A DNA stretch of 63,952 bases, filler included. It is 5 parts of 5 records of this genome, joined end to end, with 100 filler letters (N's around TTAATTAATTAA, not from the genome) between each part and the next. Parts side by side here need not be neighbours in the genome. Positions count along the whole stretch, not along the records: positions 57,700 to 63,952 come from SRR20825006_1992; 4 more parts are not named here. The stretch is one strand, 5' to 3'. The notes beneath the pieces are model-generated. The model made no database searches. It worked only from the letters and a program-made list of their open reading frames with translations, and was not told where the DNA came from. Positions 57,700 through 63,952 of the stretch are shown piece by piece. The number at the start of each line of letters is the position of its first letter. Position 1 is the stretch's first letter. The position numbers were made by a program, and so were the translations under genes.

Positions 57700-59492
57700 G
57701 TCAGCCCCCAACCGGCATAGAACGGCGCGCCGGTGGTGGTGACGGGCACGCCCCGGATCAACGCCTCGAAGCCGGTCAGCGATGTCATCGTCCACAGCCG
57801 GTCGACCTGTCCCAGCAAGGCCGCGATGTCGGCACCCTTGGCCACCAGATCGGCAATCTCGCTGGCATCAAAGGCCCCGGCGCGCAGGCCTGCCTCAACG
57901 TCGGGGTGGGGTTTGTAGATCAGCGTGGCGTCGGGGTGCGCTGCACGGGCGGCCTTTAGCAGGGCGCGGTTTGTACATATTTCGCCCGCTCCTGTACGGA
58001 TTGACGCGTCATCCTCGACCTGTCCCACGACCAGTACGCGCGGGCCATCGGGCAGATCGGGCAGCGCGCCGCCAAGGTTGTATTTGCCCAAGCCGGCATC
58101 GGTCAGTCTGCGCATCAGCGCCTCGGCGCGGGCGCGTTGGTCGGGGCGCAGGCTGGCGCGCTTTGCGATCAGGTGTTCCAGACGGCTGGGCTGTGACGGG
58201 TCGTAGTAAATGCCCAGATCATCAGTTACCAGCGACAAGGGCGGCACCAGTTCCGCCCCCAATCCGCGTGATCGCAAAAAGCCGTCCTCGACGCGCACGG
58301 CATCGTGGTGCGCGGCGGTGGCCTTGCCCGCCCAGACCATCCACGGGCGGCGGGTGTCGCGGGCGCGGGTGGGATCATCGAGGAACACCATCCGTTTGTG
58401 ACGGCCAAAGACCTGCTGCAAAGGCTTGCGCTTCCACAGGCGCATCCCGCTGGCGACCCAACCCTGATGATCGGCCCGCCATGCGCGGGTCTGCGCGGCC
58501 AGTGTTTCAATCGCGGTTTCGGCGCTGCACAGCGCGTCGCGGTAGGGATCGTACCATGTCGGATAGAGCAGCATCGCCCCCGCAAACAGTTGCGCACGGG
58601 TCAGGCTGCGCTGGCGGCGCTGGACGGGGAATTCGTCCGTGGTCAGGCCCCAGCCCGCATAGAACGGCTGACCAAAGACGCGCGGCTTGTGGCCTGCATA
58701 GATCGCCTCGAACCCCAACTGCGACGACACGGTGTAGACGCCGATGGCCCCCTCGAACAGGGTCCAGGGGCTGATGGCCTCGTCGATCATGGTGATGCGG
58801 TCGTTGCAATCGGCGGCGGTGAAATAGCCCTGCCGGAACCCCTGCGTGGTTTCGGGGTGCGTTTTGATGAGGATCGGCGCGCCGGGGTGTTCCTCTTGCG
58901 CGACGAAGAGCATCTCCAGAAACCGGTTGCGGTCGGCGCCGCTGGCGCGGACCGAGGCGTCGCCGAAGGTTTGGTCGATGACCACCACATAGCCCGGCGG
59001 CAGGGCCGGACGTGTTGCGTCAAAGGCGGTGTATTTGGTCAGGTGCGCCTCTTGCATCCGCGCGATGCAGCCGCGCGCGCGGTTCAGCAGGGCGGTGTCG
59101 TCCAATGGCTCATCGCGCAGGATCTTTTCCAGATCCGACGGCTGCGCAGGGTCGAAATGCGCGCCCGAATGGTCGATCAGCAGGCCAAGGGGGGGATCAC
59201 CGGCCCGGCCAGAGGCCCGCCCCGGATGCAACGAGCGCAGCCAGGCATCCTCGACCCGCACCAGCGGCGCACCGTGTTTGGCGGCCATCGCCTCGCCGCG
59301 GTGCGCGGTGGGGCTGTTGCCCCAGACCCCGACCAGATCGCCATCGCGGGGAATGCCCAAGGCGATGCGGTATCCTGCCAGCTTCAGAATGCGGCGCAGC
59401 CGTCGCTGGGTCAGAAAACCGCCGTTGTAAACGCAAAGCCGCCGGGCCTTTTCAGGTCCGGCGGCGTGCATGTCCTGCGGTGCAGGGATCAA
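57700..59492 (-). CDS. kpsC: Capsular polysaccharide biosynthesis protein KpsC (beta-Kdo transferase), 3' truncated
   Basis: Two repeats with VED..LRS, K.HP, S..GFEA, PFYAGWGL; GQVEDDAS. Confidence 0.9.
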
Positions 59493-59495
59493 GCG

Positions 59496-60629
59496 TCAGT
59501 TTCCGGCAAGGCTCGACAGCGAGTTGACGGAGCCCGCAGGTCCGGTCAGCGCCGAGAGGATCTTGGTGAACTGGGTGTAGGGTGCTTCGGTCACATACAG
59601 CGTGTCGCCGTCGCGGATCAGGAAATCGCGCGCTTCGAACATGCCGTTAGGCTGGGTCAGGTCCAGCACATAGACCATGCGCTGTGCGCCTTGCAGGTCG
59701 TTGCGGCCCAGAACCGAATTGGCAATCTCGGGCTCCTCGTTGCGCATGACGAAAATGCCGGTGGGGTCTGCGGTCGCGGGGTTCAGGCCGCCCACGCGCG
59801 CGATGGCTTCCAGCGCGCTCATGTTCTGGCTTTCAAACGGGACGCGGGCCTGACCACCGGTGGCACCCAGGGCGGTAAAGGCGCGGGTGTCTTCCTCGAT
59901 CAGGATACGGTCACCGCCGCGCAGCGCGATGTCCAGTTCGGGGTGGTCATAGAGGTCCTGCAACCAGATCTTGCCGCGCGTGCTGCCGCGGATCACGGTG
60001 ATCTGTGCAATTTCGGGGGCGACGGTCACACCACCGGCGCGGGCCAGCATGGCCCCCAGCGTGCGGGTGGGCCGTTCGATGGCATAGACGCCCTGACCGC
60101 CAACCGCGCCGATCAACGACACGGTCGATCCGTCACCGGCGACGCGGCGCACCTCGACCTGCGGGTCGGGGGTCTGGTCGGCCAGCTTGGCGGTGATGAT
60201 GCGGCGGATCGCTTCGGGCGTGTTGCCCGATGCCTTGATGCGGCCCGCATAAGGGATAAAGATGAAACCCGATCCATCGACCTGCACTTCTTCCAGCTGG
60301 GTCGCGGGCGAACCCTCGACGCCCAACAGCGGATCGTCGACGTTTTCATAGATGGTCAGACCCAGCACGTCGCCGGGCTGGATCGTGTCCGATCCCAGCC
60401 GCCCTGCGTTCTTCAGGCTGTCGGAAAATCCCAGCGCGGGCACCACCGATGTGGCGCGCGTCACGCGATCGTTTACGGCGACGATAAATGAATCACCCTG
60501 TCTCTGGACCGAACCCGCGAAAATCTGCCGTTTGTTGGGGCCGACCTGAGGCAAGCCACAAGAACTGACAACAGCCAAAACTGTCAGCAGCGCAACAGGG
60601 CGCGCCCACTTGGAACCATGGAATATCAC
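59496..60629 (-). CDS. Polysaccharide export outer-membrane lipoprotein (Wza/KpsD family)
   Basis: GTG start after SD GAGGAG; lipobox VSSC; I.PGDVL...IYE, VD.SG.I.IPYAG.I; SLBB repeats. Confidence 0.9.
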   Translation of the reverse strand: MIFHGSKWARPVALLTVLAVVSSCGLPQVGPNKRQIFAGSVQRQGDSFIVAVNDRVTRATSVVPALGFSDSLKNAGRLGSDTIQPGDVLGLTIYENVDDPLLGVEGSPATQLEEVQVDGSGFIFIPYAGRIKASGNTPEAIRRIITAKLADQTPDPQVEVRRVAGDGSTVSLIGAVGGQGVYAIERPTRTLGAMLARAGGVTVAPEIAQITVIRGSTRGKIWLQDLYDHPELDIALRGGDRILIEEDTRAFTALGATGGQARVPFESQNMSALEAIARVGGLNPATADPTGIFVMRNEEPEIANSVLGRNDLQGAQRMVYVLDLTQPNGMFEARDFLIRDGDTLYVTEAPYTQFTKILSALTGPAGSVNSLSSLAGN

Positions 60630-60744
60630 TGCGCGGTCTCCTCGACCTATTTTATTCTGCCTCGAAATCCCCGATTGTTTCGGGGTATTTGGGACCACGC
60701 TAGCGGAATCCGCAGATAAAATCTACCGCTAGGGGTAGTGTTGT

Positions 60745-62037
60745 TCAGTTCACCAACCGCAACTGTTGCCGTGGAGCCGCGCTTCCCGATTTCAGCGCGT
60801 CATAGGGGTCCTCGGCGGACAGCATCATATCGACCACATGGCGCAGCAACTGCCGCCGTCCGCGTGCAGAATAGAAACCGCCCGGCAACTGTGAAGTTTC
60901 CAGCAGGTAACGCCGGTAATCCTTGTAGGCCTTGTTGTCGGGTCGCGTCGCGCCCTTGAAAAAATCGGGCAGCGCCTGATCCGAGACGAATTCCGGCTGG
61001 TTGTAGACCGCGTCGCCAAAGACCTTGAGCGGAATTCCGCGCCACAAGACCTGCTGGCCTGCGGTCGAGTTCACGGTGACGGCGCTGCGCGCTTCGTTCA
61101 TCAGGCCGGCCAGCTTGCCGCCGCGCACATAGTGCACGCGGTCGGTCACATCAAATTCACGCGCCAGCTTACGTACAGCGCGGCGCACCGACACGCGACC
61201 GTCCTCCAGCGGATGATCCTTAAACACAAGGTGATGGTGGCCCGGCGCGCCCTTGGCAAAGCCCTCGACGACCACCTTGAGAAAGTCGGTCATCGTGTCA
61301 AAGGGCGAATGTTGCTGAAAGCTGGAGTCATGTTCCAGCTGCAGCAACGCCAGATGATAGGGAAAGCCGCCGTGGCGCACCCGCAGCGTGCTGATCCGCC
61401 GGTCGATGGCATGGGCGGGCATCAGCAGCAGACGGCGCACATAGAGCTGGAATTCCTTGGTCACGCTGATGCTGCGATGTGGACGAAAGTTGCGATAGTC
61501 GCCGTTTCGGAACATCACGAACCAATGGTACAGCGCACCGTAGAACACATGCTGGCGCATGTCGCCCCAGTGGGCGGGGGGCAGGGGCGCCTCCATGTCG
61601 GACATTGCCAGCGCCTCTTGCATCTGCGGGATGGTCATGTTCATCAGCCGCGAATTGCCGTTGGTGCCGCCCCGTTCGTATGTGACCCAATAGGGGCGCA
61701 TATAGCCCTCTTCGAACACATGCACCGTGATGCCGCGCCGCTTGGCCTCGGCCACGGCGGTGGCATGGACGGGCCGGGTGTCGCCATAGAGCACGATGTC
61801 GGTGACCTTGCGCGCGGTGCACAGGTCGGCAAAGGTCTGCGGCCAATCCTCGGCGCTGCCGCGATAGGGGATATAGCTGGACGGATGGAACCAGAACGCA
61901 CGGTCGCCTGCATTAAAACCGACACGGCACACCGACACATCCGCACGGCGCAGCATTTTCCCAAGACGGTTGAAAAATGGTCCGTGCGGGCCCTGCAAAA
62001 ACAGGAAAACGCGATGTGGATCGGTGGCGCTGGTCAT
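60745..62037 (-). CDS. kpsS: Capsular polysaccharide biosynthesis protein KpsS
   Basis: FLQGPHGPFF, FEEGY.RP, LQL.HDS, K.HPLE, TVNST.G. Confidence 0.9.
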   Translation of the reverse strand: MTSATDPHRVFLFLQGPHGPFFNRLGKMLRRADVSVCRVGFNAGDRAFWFHPSSYIPYRGSAEDWPQTFADLCTARKVTDIVLYGDTRPVHATAVAEAKRRGITVHVFEEGYMRPYWVTYERGGTNGNSRLMNMTIPQMQEALAMSDMEAPLPPAHWGDMRQHVFYGALYHWFVMFRNGDYRNFRPHRSISVTKEFQLYVRRLLLMPAHAIDRRISTLRVRHGGFPYHLALLQLEHDSSFQQHSPFDTMTDFLKVVVEGFAKGAPGHHHLVFKDHPLEDGRVSVRRAVRKLAREFDVTDRVHYVRGGKLAGLMNEARSAVTVNSTAGQQVLWRGIPLKVFGDAVYNQPEFVSDQALPDFFKGATRPDNKAYKDYRRYLLETSQLPGGFYSARGRRQLLRHVVDMMLSAEDPYDALKSGSAAPRQQLRLVN

Positions 62038-62191
62038 CTGTCCTCTGATAATCGGTTCGGGTTATCATTGAATGACCACCCAAATCCGGCTGAAATATGA
62101 CTGTCGTCGGGCAATTGCGCAATGGCTGCGGGTCTTGCGTGTGCGGGCAGGCACGTTTAGCTGAAGGGAACAGTTTCAGGGGGCAGCAGCC

Positions 62192-62779
62192 ATGTTTACA
62201 GGGATCATCACCGATATCGGCAAAGTCGTGTCGCTGACACAGTCGGGCGACCTGCGCGCGCGCATCGAAACCGCCTATGACACGGACAGCATCGACATGG
62301 GCGCGTCCATCGCGTCGGATGGCGTGTGCCTGACCGTCGTGGCGCTGGGCGACAGCTGGTACGACGTGGACATCAGCGCCGAGACACTGTCCAAGACCAA
62401 CCTGGGCGCATGGACCGAAGGCAAGCGGGTCAATCTGGAGCGCGCGCTGAAGGTGGGCGACGAATTGGGCGGACATATCGTGTCGGGCCATGTGGACGGC
62501 GTGGCCGAGGTGATTTCCGTCACGGATGAGGGCGACAGCACACGGGTTCAGCTGCGCGCGCCTGCTGCCTTGTCGCGGTTCATCGCGCCCAAGGGGTCCG
62601 TGGCGCTGAACGGGACGTCGCTGACGGTGAACGAAGTGCAGGGCGATGTATTTGGCATCAACTTCATCCCCCACACCAAGGAGTTGACCACCTGGGGCGA
62701 TGTGGCCGTGGGGGATGCGGTCAATCTCGAGATCGACACGCTGGCGCGCTATGTCGCGCGGCTGGCCGAAGCGGGCTGA
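62192..62779 (+). CDS. ribE: Riboflavin synthase (alpha chain; named ribE or ribC depending on nomenclature)
   Basis: MFTGII, G.SIA.DGVCLTV, VNLERAL, GGH.VSGHVD, KGSV.LNG.SLTVN. Confidence 0.96.
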   Translation: MFTGIITDIGKVVSLTQSGDLRARIETAYDTDSIDMGASIASDGVCLTVVALGDSWYDVDISAETLSKTNLGAWTEGKRVNLERALKVGDELGGHIVSGHVDGVAEVISVTDEGDSTRVQLRAPAALSRFIAPKGSVALNGTSLTVNEVQGDVFGINFIPHTKELTTWGDVAVGDAVNLEIDTLARYVARLAEAG

Positions 62780-62797
62780 GGCTTTGGCGGCCTGACC

Positions 62798-63700
62798 TTA
62801 TGCGTCCAGCGCCGCCATGCCTTTCTGGACATTCTCGACAACCGCGCGGAATTGCGGCGTGCTGGCGACGTGTGGCGTGATGAAGATGCCGGGATGATCC
62901 CACAACGGGCTGTCCTTGGGCAGCGGTTCGGTGTCGAACACATCCAGTGACGCGCCTGCCAGATGCTTGCTGTCCAGCGCGGCGATCAGGTCCGCCTCGT
63001 TCAGATGCGCGCCGCGTCCCAGATGGATCAACGCGGCGCCTTTGGGCAGTTTGGCGAACAGGGGGGCGGACAGCAGGCCCGTGGTTTCGGAGGTCAAGGG
63101 CAGGACATTGATCAGAATATCGGTCTGGGCAAGGAAGGCGTCGATATTGTCGTTGATCATGTGGCTGATGCCGGGCGTTGCCGGATCGGGTAGGCTGCGC
63201 GACAGGGTGGTCACGGTGTAGCCAAGTGCCGCCAGACCATTGGAAATCGCGCGCCCCATCGGCCCGTATCCCATCACGCCGATACGTTTGAGCGTCGGGC
63301 TTTGGTCACCGACACGACGCGCCCATTTGTGTGCGCGCTGGGCGTTGATGAAATCACCCATGCGGCGCTGGTGCCAGATCACGTGGAAGGCGGCAAAGCC
63401 TGCCATCTGTTGCGCCTGATCGGGGTCCTCGACGCGAAAGACCGGCACATCGGGCAGCGACGGGCAGGCCGCGATGGCGTCCATGCCAGCCCCTGCGGAA
63501 AACACCGCGCGCAGGTTGGGGTAAGGCGCAAAAGCGTCATTGGCGGGGACGAAGGAGAACACAAACTCGACTTCGGCGGTGTCCTCGACCTCTTCGGGGC
63601 GCAGCAGTGTGATCTCGGGCGCGACATCGGCAAAGACGGGGCCGAAAAAGCGCATCAGGTCGATTGCCTCGCAGGTGGCAACGCCGGTCCATCGTTTCAT
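62798..63700 (-). CDS. ghrA: Glyoxylate/hydroxypyruvate reductase A (D-2-hydroxyacid dehydrogenase)
   Basis: GAG.D, GVMGYG.MG, LPLT.ET, GRG.HL, LDVF..EPL, TPHVAS. Confidence 0.82.
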   Translation of the reverse strand: MKRWTGVATCEAIDLMRFFGPVFADVAPEITLLRPEEVEDTAEVEFVFSFVPANDAFAPYPNLRAVFSAGAGMDAIAACPSLPDVPVFRVEDPDQAQQMAGFAAFHVIWHQRRMGDFINAQRAHKWARRVGDQSPTLKRIGVMGYGPMGRAISNGLAALGYTVTTLSRSLPDPATPGISHMINDNIDAFLAQTDILINVLPLTSETTGLLSAPLFAKLPKGAALIHLGRGAHLNEADLIAALDSKHLAGASLDVFDTEPLPKDSPLWDHPGIFITPHVASTPQFRAVVENVQKGMAALDA

Positions 63701-63952
63701 TCAGCAGCCTTTCCCCAGCCTCCGCCCGGCACAGCCGCCAGCAGTTTCTGGGTGTATTCGTGTTGCGGGTTCAGGAACACGTCCGAGACGGGCCCGATTT
63801 CAACGAGCTTGCCCCGTTGCATGACAGCGATCCTGTCGCACAATTGCGCGGCCACGCGCAAGTCGTGGGTGATAAACAGGATCGACAGATCGAACTGGCG
63901 GCGCAGGTCGCGCAGCAGGTCCAGCACCTGCGCCTGAATGGACACGTCCAGC
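63697..63952 (-). CDS. Peptide/nickel ABC transporter ATP-binding protein, C-terminal fragment
   Basis: [30 protein letters not shown]. Confidence 0.88.
   Translation of the reverse strand, partial: LDVSIQAQVLDLLRDLRRQFDLSILFITHDLRVAAQLCDRIAVMQRGKLVEIGPVSDVFLNPQHEYTQKLLAAVPGGGWGKAAE

Noticed and set aside
57700-63952. kpsC-wza-kpsS next to riboflavin synthase
   Set aside because: Ordinary capsule-export and housekeeping genes; nothing unexplained seen
1-63952. CRISPR arrays, tRNA/rRNA genes, IS transposases, integrases, reverse transcriptases
   Set aside because: None recognised by eye or in the ORF track; short or degenerate elements could have been missed

Overview
This window is not one locus. 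It is five unrelated contigs joined by artificial 100-nt spacers (N44-TTAATTAATTAA-N44) at 22297-22396, 36878-36977, 45865-45964 and 57600-57699. Taxonomic guesses are inferences from gene content only. Contig 1 (1-22296, Rhizobiales-like) carries ClC antiporter, diguanylate cyclase, a DUF2946/RAPP leader ORF upstream of a PCuAC copper chaperone, a TPP-riboswitch thiamine-salvage operon, ugd, ScfR/RamB-aceA, a Crp/Fnr regulator and a hydantoinase-TRAP-GntR operon. Contig 2 (22397-36877, Devosia-like) carries uvrB, a PadR operon with tandem operators, a TRAP transporter, three paralogous secreted SH3/crystallin-like proteins, tdk and two DUF2147 genes; several envelope genes share an 11-bp-period CTGAA direct repeat upstream. 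Contig 3 (36978-45864, Myxococcota/Bradymonadia-like) carries four large lipoproteins, including a 3-heme 1173-aa protein and a 2-heme c-type cytochrome. Contig 4 (45965-57599, conjugative-plasmid-like) carries a degenerate TOPRIM protein, XRE, a PIN + hypothetical pair, a 1996-aa nuclease-STAND (AVAST-like) protein, a PRTase + ADP-ribosyltransferase-like pair and an IncP/MOBP-type oriT. Contig 5 (57700-63952, Roseobacter-like) carries kpsC/wza/kpsS, riboflavin synthase and ghrA. The best candidates for undescribed systems are the contig-4 conflict cassettes and the contig-3 multiheme lipoprotein cluster. All calls come from motif recognition by eye; no searches were run.
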